From IMG/VR virus record IMGVR_UViG_3300032226_000551, positions 1 to 64,000 of that record: a stretch of 64,000 nucleotides of DNA; one strand, 5' to 3'. This stretch comes from a virus (Duplodnaviria; Caudoviricetes). The translations under genes were made by a program, and so were the position numbers. Each line of letters opens with the position of its first letter. Position 1 is the stretch's first letter. Shown here piece after piece: positions 20,627-30,865 of this stretch. The notes beneath the pieces were generated by a model that saw only the letters and a program-made list of their open reading frames with translations, ran no database searches and was not told the origin of the DNA.

Positions 20627-20899
20627 ATGTTTAATTTAAAAGTTTCAGAAGAAGATTTAAAATTAATATTGGAATCTCTATTGTTTTCATCATCTGTTGA
20701 TGTATGTGCAGATTGGTATAAAGATGATATTGATAAAATTATAGATTTATCTAAAAGATTAAGATTAGAATTTCCTAGTGTACCCACAGAAAATGTTTAT
20801 GTTTCACATGTGGAAAATTTTATATATTCTGAAGAAAACACCAAACATATTCTAGAATATTTTCCAGAATTGAATACTAAAAACAAAAAAGATTTATGA
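20627..20899 (+). CDS. Hypothetical protein
   Basis: 90 aa; ATGA-coupled to next gene. Confidence 0.7.
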   Translation: MFNLKVSEEDLKLILESLLFSSSVDVCADWYKDDIDKIIDLSKRLRLEFPSVPTENVYVSHVENFIYSEENTKHILEYFPELNTKNKKDL

Positions 20900-21546
20900 A
20901 AATAGCAACAATTGGAACACATAGTACAGGAAAAACTACATATATCGAAGATTTTTTAAAAAACTGGTCGATGTATGAAACCGATAAAAATTCATATAGA
21001 GATTTAATTAAAACAAATAAAATTAAACACAGCAAAGAAGGAACCGAAGAATCTCAAAAAGAAATACTAAACTTTTTAGTAGATCAAACAATTGAATCTT
21101 GTAAAAAAGATTTTGTAATATTGGATAGGTGTGTTTTAGACAATTTGGCATATTCTTCTTGGTTAAATTTGAATGAAAAGGTTTCAGATAAGTTTCTAGA
21201 AGAAACCAGAATTATTGTAAAAGAAACATTAAAAATGTTTGATGTAGTATTTTTCTTTCCTTTGACAAAGGTGGCAGAAGTTCCACTGGAAGACAATCAG
21301 CTTAGAGATATCGATCCTATCTATAGAGAAGAAATAGATACAATATTTAAAGCATTTCAACAATCATACCTAAGAGGCGATGGTAGAGTTTTTCCTACAG
21401 ATGATAGTCCCGCCTTAATAGAGATTTTTGGAACAAGAGAACAAAGAATTAAAATGACCGAACTTTATATTACAAAAGATGGAAAACCTTTTGGTGATGA
21501 TCAAAGTTTAATATCAGATATCGTTCCTGCTACATTTAAGTTGTAA
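20896..21546 (+). CDS. P-loop NTPase/kinase (NadR/AAA_28, dNMP-kinase-like)
   Basis: GTHSTGKTT Walker A at N-terminus; ILDRCVLDNLAY. Confidence 0.8.
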   Translation: MKIATIGTHSTGKTTYIEDFLKNWSMYETDKNSYRDLIKTNKIKHSKEGTEESQKEILNFLVDQTIESCKKDFVILDRCVLDNLAYSSWLNLNEKVSDKFLEETRIIVKETLKMFDVVFFFPLTKVAEVPLEDNQLRDIDPIYREEIDTIFKAFQQSYLRGDGRVFPTDDSPALIEIFGTREQRIKMTELYITKDGKPFGDDQSLISDIVPATFKL

Positions 21547-21557
21547 ATATATTATGT

Positions 21558-22046
21558 ATGAAATTTGATATATTTGTTGAAAACTATTTAGAAACCTTAC
21601 TTGAAGGAAGACCAAAAACCGATCACAATAAAGAAATATCTTTAGATTTTGATGATATTGAAAATTATATCAATAAAATGTCTGATGATAATTTAAGTAA
21701 ACCAATATATTCAAAAATTTTAGAATTTTTAAAAGATGATAACGAAGAAAATCGTTTCACAATTTCTAAAATAAAAAGCATAATAGAAAATAACTTAAAA
21801 CACAATTTTGATAAAAAAAGCCCTGTAGAATTTAATGCTAATGAATTTATAAAGTTCTTTATAAAAGAAAGAAAAGCATATTCTCCATTTGAGGAAAAAG
21901 AGGAAGAAACCGAACAAGATGATTCAAACGATGAATACGAATCACCAGAAAACGAACCATCATATAATGGGGAGGAACCGTCTGAAGATTCCGAGTTTGA
22001 GTTGTCCGATCAAGATTTCCTTCCTTTGGGTAAAGATTTAAATTGA
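21558..22046 (+). CDS. Hypothetical protein with acidic tail, candidate head internal protein
   Basis: MKFDIFVENYLETLLE; TAAATA at 21544-21549. Confidence 0.7.
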   Translation: MKFDIFVENYLETLLEGRPKTDHNKEISLDFDDIENYINKMSDDNLSKPIYSKILEFLKDDNEENRFTISKIKSIIENNLKHNFDKKSPVEFNANEFIKFFIKERKAYSPFEEKEEETEQDDSNDEYESPENEPSYNGEEPSEDSEFELSDQDFLPLGKDLN

Positions 22047-22073
22047 CAAAATAGTTTTTAATACTATTGTCAA
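22043..22073 (+). promoter_or_regulatory. Early promoter TTGACA-16-TATTGT inside an inverted repeat
   Basis: TTGACAAAATAGT...ACTATTGTCAA; -10 ends 6 nt before primase ATG. Confidence 0.65.
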
Positions 22074-22076
22074 TAT

Positions 22077-23033
22077 ATGACAATACCGGAAAGTTATATA
22101 TTAAATAAATTTTTTTCATATTCTGGTGATCCAGAACACAAAAAATACGAAAACGTATATAATGCAGGATGTCCAATTTGTAGAGAAGGTGCTAGTTGGG
22201 GTAGTAAAAAGCGTTTATACTATTATCCTACAAGTAAAAGTTTTTACTGCTTCAATTGTTCTCGTTCTTGGAATGCTTTGAATTGGATATGTGAAGTGTC
22301 TGACTCTTCACCAGATGAAGTATTCTCAGAAATCAAAGATGACAATATATCTTTAGATGTTTTTAAAAAACAACCCTTCTCGTCTCGTAAAAGAAAAGAA
22401 TTACCTAGCTTGCCTTATGATTCTATCAACATATTTGATTCTATACAGAATGTTTTCTATTCAAAGAATAAAACATTTAATATAGCATTGGAGTATTCTA
22501 AATCCAGAAGATTGGATACTGCTATAAACAAGCCACAAAATCTATATATCAGTTTTAATGATTTTTATCATAAGAATAGATTATGTATACCTTTCTATGA
22601 TAGAGATAAAAAGATAATTTTTTATCAAACGAGAGCATTGGATAATTCCAACCCAAAATATCTAGGAAAAGTTGGATATGAAAAGTCCTTATTTGGAATA
22701 GATAAAGTTGATACAGATTTAGAATATATATTCATATTTGAGGGACCGATAGATTCAATGTTTGTTAAAAATTCTGTAAGTGCAGCAGGACTAACATTAA
22801 ATCCTTTGCAAAAGAAACAATTGCTAGAGTATCCCTTTCATAAAAAAATATGGGTTTTGGATAATCCTATGTTTGATAAAACAGCAAAAGAAAAAACCAA
22901 AGACCTTCTAGAAAAAGGTGAAAATGTTTTTATGTGGACACCAAATATGAAATACAAAGATTTCAATGATTTGGCAGTAAAAGAAAAATTAGACGAAGTA
23001 GACTATAATACTATATTGGATAGTATTTTTTAA
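22077..23033 (+). CDS. gp61: DNA primase (T4 gp61-like)
   Basis: Zn ribbon CPIC...CFNC; RLCIPF...YQTRAL; TOPRIM EGPIDS; KDFND. Confidence 0.92.
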   Translation: MTIPESYILNKFFSYSGDPEHKKYENVYNAGCPICREGASWGSKKRLYYYPTSKSFYCFNCSRSWNALNWICEVSDSSPDEVFSEIKDDNISLDVFKKQPFSSRKRKELPSLPYDSINIFDSIQNVFYSKNKTFNIALEYSKSRRLDTAINKPQNLYISFNDFYHKNRLCIPFYDRDKKIIFYQTRALDNSNPKYLGKVGYEKSLFGIDKVDTDLEYIFIFEGPIDSMFVKNSVSAAGLTLNPLQKKQLLEYPFHKKIWVLDNPMFDKTAKEKTKDLLEKGENVFMWTPNMKYKDFNDLAVKEKLDEVDYNTILDSIF

Positions 23034-23623
23034 CTTCCCATTTTTAATTGCTCTGTATCACGCAATTTCTTAGGTGCTGTATTGACATATGTATCCAACA
23101 CGGCTTTTAATTTTTCAATTTCACCAGTAATTCTTGTTATGGAATCTGAGGCTTTTCTGGTGACACCTCTAAGCAAGCTACCTGCTCTATCATTGTCAGC
23201 AAGAATTTTATGCAATGATTCTTCTTGTGGACTATTTAAGAATAAAGCAAATTCGTCCAATTTTTTGGACCATTCTAGAACTTTTTCTATATTTTGAACA
23301 GTCAATTCTGGTGCTACACCTACAACATCAAATTTAGAAGGGTCGGTATTTGGATCTAATGAACTCTCTAGATCTTTTTGATTTTGTTCTGGTGTAAATT
23401 CGTCTGGTGATTTTGGAGCAGATTCTTCTTTTTGTGGTTCTAATTCTTGCTGTACATCTTCTTGCTCTTTAATTAATGAATATAGGAAATTTTTAATAAA
23501 AGGAATATCGGAACTCTCATTTAAATCTAATCTAGAAATATTTGATTTGAGTATTCTACTAACTTCAGATTGCGCCTTTTTAGTTTTCATATTTTTCTTC
23601 TTTGACTTTCTCGAATTATTCAT
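23030..23623 (-). CDS. Hypothetical late protein
   Basis: 197 aa; TAAATA 6 nt upstream; LNE/IKE possible protease sites. Confidence 0.7.
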   Translation of the reverse strand: MNNSRKSKKKNMKTKKAQSEVSRILKSNISRLDLNESSDIPFIKNFLYSLIKEQEDVQQELEPQKEESAPKSPDEFTPEQNQKDLESSLDPNTDPSKFDVVGVAPELTVQNIEKVLEWSKKLDEFALFLNSPQEESLHKILADNDRAGSLLRGVTRKASDSITRITGEIEKLKAVLDTYVNTAPKKLRDTEQLKMGS

Positions 23624-23656
23624 TAGAATTATTTATCCTAAATATTTACTTTTCAT

Positions 23657-24331
23657 ATGAACAAATTAAAAAAAGATTACAAAATTGTAACAGCAACTCC
23701 AAATGACTTAAAAACTTTTAAGGCATCCTCACAGTTATGTCTATCATTAGATAAAATAGGTATATCTAATAAATGTAAGGCAATAACCGAAAATAAAGAA
23801 GGATTGCCTAAAATTTATAATTCATTTATCAACGAAGAATATAAAGATTATTATATTATTTTTATACACGACGATGTTTTAATAGAAGATCTATTTTTCG
23901 AAGAAAAACTACAATTAGCCTTTGATAAATACGATATAGTTGGATTGGCAGGATCTAAAAGATGTGATTTGAATTCTCCAATGTCAGCATGGCATTTAAT
24001 GTCAGATAGAAAAGATTGGGTTGGGGAAGTATCACATTCTAAAGATAAAAAGGTATGGACTTCTACTTTCGGTGAAACAGATTCTCGCGCTTTGATTTTA
24101 GATGGTTTGTTTATAGGAGTAAATGTATCAAGATTATTGGAAACTAATACTCGTTTTGATGAAAATTTTACATTTCACCATTATGATATATCTTTTTGTT
24201 TAAATGCAAACAATAATAAATTGAAAATGGGAGTTTATCCTATAAAAGTAACACATTTTGGTTTGGGTGATTCTATGAATACACCGGAATGGCAAGAAAG
24301 CGCAATGAAATTTAAACAACTTTATAAATAA
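23657..24331 (+). CDS. GT-A glycosyltransferase (StrF/Glyco_tranf_2_5-like)
   Basis: IFIHDDV, DIVGLAG, LDGLFIG, FDENFTFHHYDISFC. Confidence 0.85.
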   Translation: MNKLKKDYKIVTATPNDLKTFKASSQLCLSLDKIGISNKCKAITENKEGLPKIYNSFINEEYKDYYIIFIHDDVLIEDLFFEEKLQLAFDKYDIVGLAGSKRCDLNSPMSAWHLMSDRKDWVGEVSHSKDKKVWTSTFGETDSRALILDGLFIGVNVSRLLETNTRFDENFTFHHYDISFCLNANNNKLKMGVYPIKVTHFGLGDSMNTPEWQESAMKFKQLYK

Positions 24332-24333
24332 AA

Positions 24334-24699
24334 ATGGCTACTAATTTATTTGATGCATTAAATTGGGTTCTTAAAAACAAGAAAGAGGAACCTTCTGATT
24401 TGAAGGTGTATCCATTTTTATTTAATAGGTGGTTGTCTATGGTTGATAATGATACTATAAATATTATCAATTCAACAACAAATAGATGGTTATTAAAAAA
24501 TAAAGATTTTCCGTTTGTTGATTTTTACAGAGCAGTTTTGCCTAAAAATAATGAAAGAATCAATTATATAAAAAAAGAAGCAGTGAGTACCAGTAAAGAT
24601 TCTGATGTTACACAAATAGCAGAAAATATGGAACTCTCTACGAGAGAAATTATTTTTCTTCAAAAATCACTTGAAGATTTAAAACAGGTAACTAATTAA
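24334..24699 (+). CDS. gp62: Clamp loader small subunit (T4 gp62-like)
   Basis: LFDALN...YPFLFNRWLSM...YIKK...IAENMELSTRE pattern; size fits. Confidence 0.7.
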   Translation: MATNLFDALNWVLKNKKEEPSDLKVYPFLFNRWLSMVDNDTINIINSTTNRWLLKNKDFPFVDFYRAVLPKNNERINYIKKEAVSTSKDSDVTQIAENMELSTREIIFLQKSLEDLKQVTN

Positions 24700-24703
24700 T
24701 TTT

Positions 24704-25084
24704 ATGATTCAAAGACCAAAACAGGAAGATTTAATCGGTGGAAAAGTTCAACTTGAACAATATAAGGGAAGTTCAATGGAAATGATAGATTGGCATCTCG
24801 ATAAGGTATTAGATGATATTTTGATGTGTCAATATGTAGATATTAACGAAGAAGGAACAGAAGTAAAAAGAGGCAGTATTTGGGTTCCTATCAATACTGT
24901 TCATTTTGCATGGAGAGTAGCAAAGGTTATATTAGCTGGTCCAAAATGTGAAACAGTAAAAGAAGGAGATCATATCATTTTTCCTAATGATAAGGGTATT
25001 CAGGTTAATAACCTCAATGGTTTAAAAAATATTGTGTTTTTAAACGAAACTAGAATTTTTGGTGTTTGTTCTCCTTTAGAATAA
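24704..25084 (+). CDS. Co-chaperonin GroES-like
   Basis: GSIWVP...AKVILAGPKCETVKEGDHIIF...FLNETRIFGV. Confidence 0.85.
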   Translation: MIQRPKQEDLIGGKVQLEQYKGSSMEMIDWHLDKVLDDILMCQYVDINEEGTEVKRGSIWVPINTVHFAWRVAKVILAGPKCETVKEGDHIIFPNDKGIQVNNLNGLKNIVFLNETRIFGVCSPLE

Positions 25085-25085
25085 A

Positions 25086-25475
25086 ATGGCATTAAGTGTT
25101 GGTGGTTTAAAATCTGTTTGTTCTTCTTCTATAGCGGAAATAAAATTCGTTAGAAGAGATAAACAACGTATTCCATCAACAAGAAGAATGCTGTGTACCT
25201 TAAATGTAGCAGTTTTAAATTCGGATTTAGGTAAAAACATTTTAAATTTCAAACCTCCAACATCTGATCCACCATATAACGCAGAATCGAAAGGTTTGGT
25301 TGTTGTTTGGGATCTTTTCATGCAGGATTGGAGAGCAATACCAGCAAATAGTTGTGAGCTTGTAAAGGTTTTTAAAATGGGTACAAAAAAAGAACAAGCC
25401 GATTTTTGGAGATATTTTGATTTAGTCATTAGAAAGATGACAACGGCTCAAAAGAGAGCTTTCATGAACAAATAA
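25086..25475 (+). CDS. WYL-like/SH3-fold phage protein (DUF2693-like)
   Basis: EIKFVRR...RRMLCTLN...VVWDLFMQDWRAI. Confidence 0.65.
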   Translation: MALSVGGLKSVCSSSIAEIKFVRRDKQRIPSTRRMLCTLNVAVLNSDLGKNILNFKPPTSDPPYNAESKGLVVVWDLFMQDWRAIPANSCELVKVFKMGTKKEQADFWRYFDLVIRKMTTAQKRAFMNK

Positions 25476-25828
25476 TGACTATACATGGATCAAATTTAGA
25501 GAATGCTTGTAAATTTCTTTTACAAAAAGAAATCTGTATAGATATTGGTAAAAAATCCTTTAAAAAAGGAAAGTTGCTACTTTTTTATCAAAAAAATTTC
25601 TTTTTGGTTTTTATTTTAAAAACTGCAAAAAAAGATAAAGAGAAAATTGAAATTCCTATTCCATATAGTGTTGAAATGCATGAAGATGATAACTTGGTTT
25701 TTTTTGATTACCGAATAAAAACACTAGCCAAATATGCACCAGAAATAGAAATGTATTTGTCTCTTTATCCAAAAAAAGTTGCAGGAAATAAATTTTGGGA
25801 TACAATATTATTAATAGATGGAAACTGA
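25475..25828 (+). CDS. Hypothetical protein
   Basis: 117 aa, overlapping both neighbours. Confidence 0.7.
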   Translation: MTIHGSNLENACKFLLQKEICIDIGKKSFKKGKLLLFYQKNFFLVFILKTAKKDKEKIEIPIPYSVEMHEDDNLVFFDYRIKTLAKYAPEIEMYLSLYPKKVAGNKFWDTILLIDGN

Positions 25829-26075
25829 TAATAAAACAATACCTGTATATAGCGTTTTTTCTGGAACAATTTATGATGTTTTAGAAAGCGATGTAAAACT
25901 TTTAGATGTGGGTCAAATACCTTTGATTAAAAATCCACCTAATAACTGCAAAAAATGCTATGGTAGACATAGTGTTGGCAGAAATAATCAAAACTATACA
26001 TTTTCTCCATGTTCTTGCTTGCGCAAAGTGGTAAATGTTGATATAGTAAGAAGTCTTGAAAACTTTAGAACATAA
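25818..26075 (+). CDS. Small Zn-finger protein
   Basis: CKKCYGR...PCSC. Confidence 0.65.
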   Translation: METDNKTIPVYSVFSGTIYDVLESDVKLLDVGQIPLIKNPPNNCKKCYGRHSVGRNNQNYTFSPCSCLRKVVNVDIVRSLENFRT

Positions 26076-27717
26076 AAACCAATTAGTAGATTTTTTCCCT
26101 GAAAATTCTAAACCTAGAAAACAACAAATTGAAGCATTGTCTAAAATTGATAAATGTTTCAATACTGGTAAGAAAATTGTAATCGGATGTCTTCCCACAG
26201 GATCTGGTAAGAGTCACATAGGATTAAGCGTTGGTAATTCTGCGTCCTATATGGATGATAGTTTAAAGGGTCTTATAAATTCTTATGCGATATATAAGAA
26301 GAATAAGAACAACGAATATCTATATGAATCTAATTTTTTAAATGCGGCATCATCTGGTTCTTTTATTTTAACAATTACCAAATCTTTACAAGATCAATAC
26401 AAAAGCCTTTTCCCATTTATACCAACAATAAAAGGAAAAAATAATTATCAATGTGAAATTGATTGTAATTTTAGTACAGAAAATGCTCCCTGTTTATTTT
26501 CCCCTAAATTAAAACAGGAATGTTTCGATAATGATAGATGTCCATATTATAGAGCCAGAAACGAATCTCTATCTTCCCATTGTCCAATTCTAAACTATAG
26601 AGTATTTTTTAACTTACCAACTTTCTTAAAGAAGAGAGAAATCTATATATGTGATGAGGCTAGTGGATTGGAGGACGAATTGGTATCGAAGTGTACATTA
26701 AGTCTTCAATATACAACTTTATATTCTGAAAATATAAAGTTCAAAAAACTTTTGACTGATGATCAAAAGTCATCTTTATTTTGGCTACAGGATATATATC
26801 TTCAAGTAGAGAAGGAATTGGATACTGTTAAAACAGAACTAACCAACATGCAAAATGGAAATACCGACAAGCTGTATTTCAAATCAATGCAGAGGTTATC
26901 TAAGCTGAATAGATTGTTTAATTCTTTAACCGAAACAATTGAGAATTGGGAGAAATGTTCTTTCTTAACCGAAAAGAGAGATAGTGACGGTGTTGTGTTT
27001 TGTCCATATGACGTAAAACCAATAGCGAAAGATATGTTTGATGGTGCGGATAAGATTTTAATGATGTCTGCCACTATCAGTAATCATAAAGAATATGCCA
27101 AAAGTTTGGGTATTAATGATTATGAATATTTTGAAATGGAATCATCATTTGATCCAAAAAAATCTCCTATTTTATGTAGCAGAAAATATAAACTTTCTTA
27201 TAAAAACATGGAACAAAATCTTCCAAGTGTTTTAGATGCTGCGTTATCGTTATGTGATAAACATAAAAACGATAAAGGATTGATTCATACACATACAAAT
27301 CAAATAGCAGAAAAACTTAAAATAAAATTAAGTGACAATGAAAGATTTTTATTCAAGGATATAACAAATAATAACGAAAAACTTTTAGATGATCATAAAA
27401 ATACTAAAGAACCAACTGTGTTGGTTAGTCCTTCTTTAGATACTGGTATAAGTCTAGATGGAGATTTAGGTAGATTTCAAATAATTTTAAAATCTCCCTT
27501 TTTGCCACTTGGTTCAAAACGAATAAAAATGATGTTTGATAAAAATCCAAAGCAATACACTATGAAAATGTTGGATAAACTTATTCAAATGTGTGGTAGA
27601 TGCACAAGATCAAATGATGATTATTCGATGACTTATATTTTGGATGGTGTGGTAGCGGATACTATAATGAGAGAAAAAAGTAATCTCCCAAAACATTTTT
27701 TGGATAGAATTGTTTAA
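26056..27717 (+). CDS. DinG/XPD(Rad3)-family SF2 helicase
   Basis: Q-motif PRKQQ, PTGSGKS, KGKNNYQC...C...C...CPY (Fe-S ligands), DEAS, MSAT, QMCGRCTR; TTG start uncertain. Confidence 0.88.
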   Translation: MKTLEHKNQLVDFFPENSKPRKQQIEALSKIDKCFNTGKKIVIGCLPTGSGKSHIGLSVGNSASYMDDSLKGLINSYAIYKKNKNNEYLYESNFLNAASSGSFILTITKSLQDQYKSLFPFIPTIKGKNNYQCEIDCNFSTENAPCLFSPKLKQECFDNDRCPYYRARNESLSSHCPILNYRVFFNLPTFLKKREIYICDEASGLEDELVSKCTLSLQYTTLYSENIKFKKLLTDDQKSSLFWLQDIYLQVEKELDTVKTELTNMQNGNTDKLYFKSMQRLSKLNRLFNSLTETIENWEKCSFLTEKRDSDGVVFCPYDVKPIAKDMFDGADKILMMSATISNHKEYAKSLGINDYEYFEMESSFDPKKSPILCSRKYKLSYKNMEQNLPSVLDAALSLCDKHKNDKGLIHTHTNQIAEKLKIKLSDNERFLFKDITNNNEKLLDDHKNTKEPTVLVSPSLDTGISLDGDLGRFQIILKSPFLPLGSKRIKMMFDKNPKQYTMKMLDKLIQMCGRCTRSNDDYSMTYILDGVVADTIMREKSNLPKHFLDRIV

Positions 27718-27734
27718 TTATGTAAATATAGTTA

Positions 27735-28901
27735 GTGAAAAAATATACTTACTATTGGGAAATTCAAACCATTCTAGAACAATTTGTTGGTGCTTTTAAT
27801 GATGTTTTTATTAAAAGATACGACAAAGATAAAAATCTAGTCGGTTCTTTTTCTGGTATTAAAGTAAATTACGTTTACGGTCCAAAGCAAAGAGTTTTTA
27901 ATACTTTACAAAATCCCGCACCCGGTGGGATTACCGTACCTGCCATAGCAGTAAGTCTTGGTACAATTTCAAGGGATCAAAGTCGTGTTTTTAACAAAAA
28001 TGATGGATTTAATGTAAACTACAGCAAATTTAATGAATCTATAGATTTTGTTAAACGTGTACCACAACCAATTCCAGTTAATATTGGAGTTAATATGACA
28101 TTAATAACGAAATATCAAAATGATATGGAACAATTAATATCAAACTTTGCTCCATATTGTGATCCTTATATTGTAATATCATGGAAAACTCCAGATTTAG
28201 ATGATTCTTTAATTCCTTATGAAATAAGAACAGAGGTATTATGGAATGGTAACATAAATTTACAATATCCCAACGATGCGGGTCCGAGTCAAGCATTTAG
28301 AATAGTAGCAGATACTAGCTTTACAATAAAAGGTTGGCTATTTAAAAAGATAGACGAAATAGTTAAAAAAATATATGTTATAAATTCAGATTATACTGCT
28401 ATAAACAGTGATTCTAATATACTAATAGATTTGGATGAATATCAAACCGATTATCTTTCTATTTCTGCTAGACCTCAATTAAGAGATATACAACCATGTG
28501 AAATAGTTGCATTCGGTCCTTTCAATAATTTTAAAACTATTGAAATTTATGGAAAATCGTTTTTTGAAGTTAGAAACGTATATTTGAGCGCATCCGATGA
28601 ATCAATGTTTGATAATATTACTTTATTTAATCCGTTTTCATCCATTCCAAATATGGTAAACAAATATTCTGCGTTTAGAGGTATAGTTGTTCCAGAATTT
28701 ACATTATATAATGAAAATTTTTTAAGTTTTGAATTACCACAAAATCCAAAAGTTTCTGGACATATTGATATAATAGTTGAAAACGAAGCAGGTTATGGAA
28801 TATTAACCAGAGACAAAGAACGTCCTAAAGTTTTTGCATATGATGGTGCATTAGGATTGGAATGTAAAGATTGTGGAATGGATGGTTTGTCTATTAAATA
28901 A
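27735..28901 (+). CDS. gp15: Tail terminator/sheath stabiliser (T4 gp15-like) with C-terminal IPT/Ig-like extension
   Basis: QFVGAFNDVFIKR, YGPKQR, PQPIPVNI, FTIKGWLF; TAAATA 6 nt before GTG. Confidence 0.85.
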   Translation: MKKYTYYWEIQTILEQFVGAFNDVFIKRYDKDKNLVGSFSGIKVNYVYGPKQRVFNTLQNPAPGGITVPAIAVSLGTISRDQSRVFNKNDGFNVNYSKFNESIDFVKRVPQPIPVNIGVNMTLITKYQNDMEQLISNFAPYCDPYIVISWKTPDLDDSLIPYEIRTEVLWNGNINLQYPNDAGPSQAFRIVADTSFTIKGWLFKKIDEIVKKIYVINSDYTAINSDSNILIDLDEYQTDYLSISARPQLRDIQPCEIVAFGPFNNFKTIEIYGKSFFEVRNVYLSASDESMFDNITLFNPFSSIPNMVNKYSAFRGIVVPEFTLYNENFLSFELPQNPKVSGHIDIIVENEAGYGILTRDKERPKVFAYDGALGLECKDCGMDGLSIK

Positions 28902-28948
28902 TTCATTATTAGTAGAATTAAATTTAAGTTGTTGTAAGTATAATTTAT

Positions 28949-30847
28949 ATGCCAGATGTTTTGCCACAATCTAATAGACAACCCGATAATGGAAGAAGTT
29001 TTATATCTTCCATATTATCAAAATTACCTTATGTAGATCAAGCATTGGATGTTGGTGATACAAATCCAAAATACGAATTATTTGATAGGTTATCTAAGAA
29101 GCGTGAATTAAGAGTAATGCAACAGTCCGTTATTACCGGACCGTTCATGAATCAAAATCAATCGGATTATTATAATCCCAATTTGATGTCTACTGACAAG
29201 GGTTATCATAATTTCATTTATGCTCAAATAGACGTAGATAAAATTAGAAGATTGTCAGAGTATCGAAGAATGGCAGCATTTTCCGAGGTTGCAGATTGTT
29301 TAGATGCAATATGTGATGAGTTTATAAACAAGGATGAAAATGGTAAAGTGGTAAATATCAAATTTTCCGGTTTTAATAAAGTTGACAGTCAGGAAAAGTT
29401 AGAAATAGAAAAAGAATTTCATAAATTTGTTCAAAGTTATGATTTAGAGAATAAAGGATGGGGTTATTGTAGGCAGTTATTAACCGAGGGAGAAATATTT
29501 TTTGAAAATATTGTACACGAAAAAAATAAAGATTTAGGAATTATTGGTGTCTTAAATGTACCCGGTGAGTTGATAAATCCCATCTACGACAACATTCAAA
29601 ACAATGTAATTCAGAATTTCATATTTCAAAAACCAATAAATATGACAAATAATCAGCCAGGTCAACCCAACCTGCCGATGCAAAATCCGAATCCTACTAA
29701 TTCTTTACAACACCAATTAATAACATTTGAAGGAAATCAAATAACCTATATAAATTCCGGTATTTGGAACGAGGATATGTCTATACGAATTCCTCATATA
29801 GAAAAGGGTAGAAGAGCATACAAACAATTATCCCTAATCGAAGATGCTATAGTAATTTATCGTTTAGTAAGAGCACCAGAAAGACTTAAATTCGTTATTG
29901 ATGTGGGTAATATGCCACCAGCAAAAGCCGAAGCATATTTGAAGCAATTGATGCAATCTTATTGGTCTAAAAAATCCTACGACCCACAAAATGGAGGAAG
30001 TGCAGGTAATATATATGATCCACAATCGATGCTTGATTCATACTGGTTTGCAAAGAGAAGTGGTGAGTCTGGTTCAGATGTTCAGGTTTTACAAGGTGGT
30101 CAAAACTTGGGAGAATTAAAGGATTTGATGTATTTCGTAACAAAGTTATATAATGCATTAGGTGTTCCTTCTACTAGATTAAATCCAGAAGATTCTTACA
30201 AAGATGGTTCTGAAATTTTAAGAGAAGAATTAAGATTCGCAAAAATGATTTTAAGAATGCATTATCAATTCTGTAAAGGTCTTAAAGATGCATTTGTTAC
30301 ACATTTAAAAATAAGAGGATGGTGGAATGAATATAAATTACATGAATCATATTTCGATTTAGAATTTGTTCCTCCTAGCAGTTATTTTGCATTAAGACAA
30401 AATCAAAATTTAGAATTAAAAATAAAGAATTTTGAATCTATGGCTCAACAAGAAAATATATCCAAAACATTTGCAATGCGTCATTATTTGGGATTAAATG
30501 ATTCAAAGATAAGCGAAAACATGGAATGGTTGAGAAAAGATGCAGCATTGAAGTGGGAGTTGGATCAAATCGCATCAACCGGACCAAATTGGAGAGAACA
30601 TTTGGAAGCTGCTGAAAATGTTGCTGCTCAAGGTGGAGCAGAAGGAGGTATGGCTGGCGGTGGTGGAGGTGGTGGAGGTTCTTCTAGTGCAATACCAGAA
30701 TTTGGTGGTGGGGGAGAAGCTGCTGCCGCTCCAGTAGGTGCTGCTGGTGCAGAAGGTGCTGCCGCAACACCTGAAGCGGGTGCTGGTGCAGAAGAAACAC
30801 CAGAAGATGTTGGTGCAGCTGCTGCGGGTGCAGCAAATGTTCAGTAA
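28949..30847 (+). CDS. gp20: Portal protein (T4 gp20-like)
   Basis: EDAIVIYRLVRAPERLKFVIDVGNMPPAKAEAY; ILREELRF. Confidence 0.97.
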   Translation: MPDVLPQSNRQPDNGRSFISSILSKLPYVDQALDVGDTNPKYELFDRLSKKRELRVMQQSVITGPFMNQNQSDYYNPNLMSTDKGYHNFIYAQIDVDKIRRLSEYRRMAAFSEVADCLDAICDEFINKDENGKVVNIKFSGFNKVDSQEKLEIEKEFHKFVQSYDLENKGWGYCRQLLTEGEIFFENIVHEKNKDLGIIGVLNVPGELINPIYDNIQNNVIQNFIFQKPINMTNNQPGQPNLPMQNPNPTNSLQHQLITFEGNQITYINSGIWNEDMSIRIPHIEKGRRAYKQLSLIEDAIVIYRLVRAPERLKFVIDVGNMPPAKAEAYLKQLMQSYWSKKSYDPQNGGSAGNIYDPQSMLDSYWFAKRSGESGSDVQVLQGGQNLGELKDLMYFVTKLYNALGVPSTRLNPEDSYKDGSEILREELRFAKMILRMHYQFCKGLKDAFVTHLKIRGWWNEYKLHESYFDLEFVPPSSYFALRQNQNLELKIKNFESMAQQENISKTFAMRHYLGLNDSKISENMEWLRKDAALKWELDQIASTGPNWREHLEAAENVAAQGGAEGGMAGGGGGGGGSSSAIPEFGGGGEAAAAPVGAAGAEGAAATPEAGAGAEETPEDVGAAAAGAANVQ

Positions 30848-30865
30848 TTCAAGTAAATATTTAAA

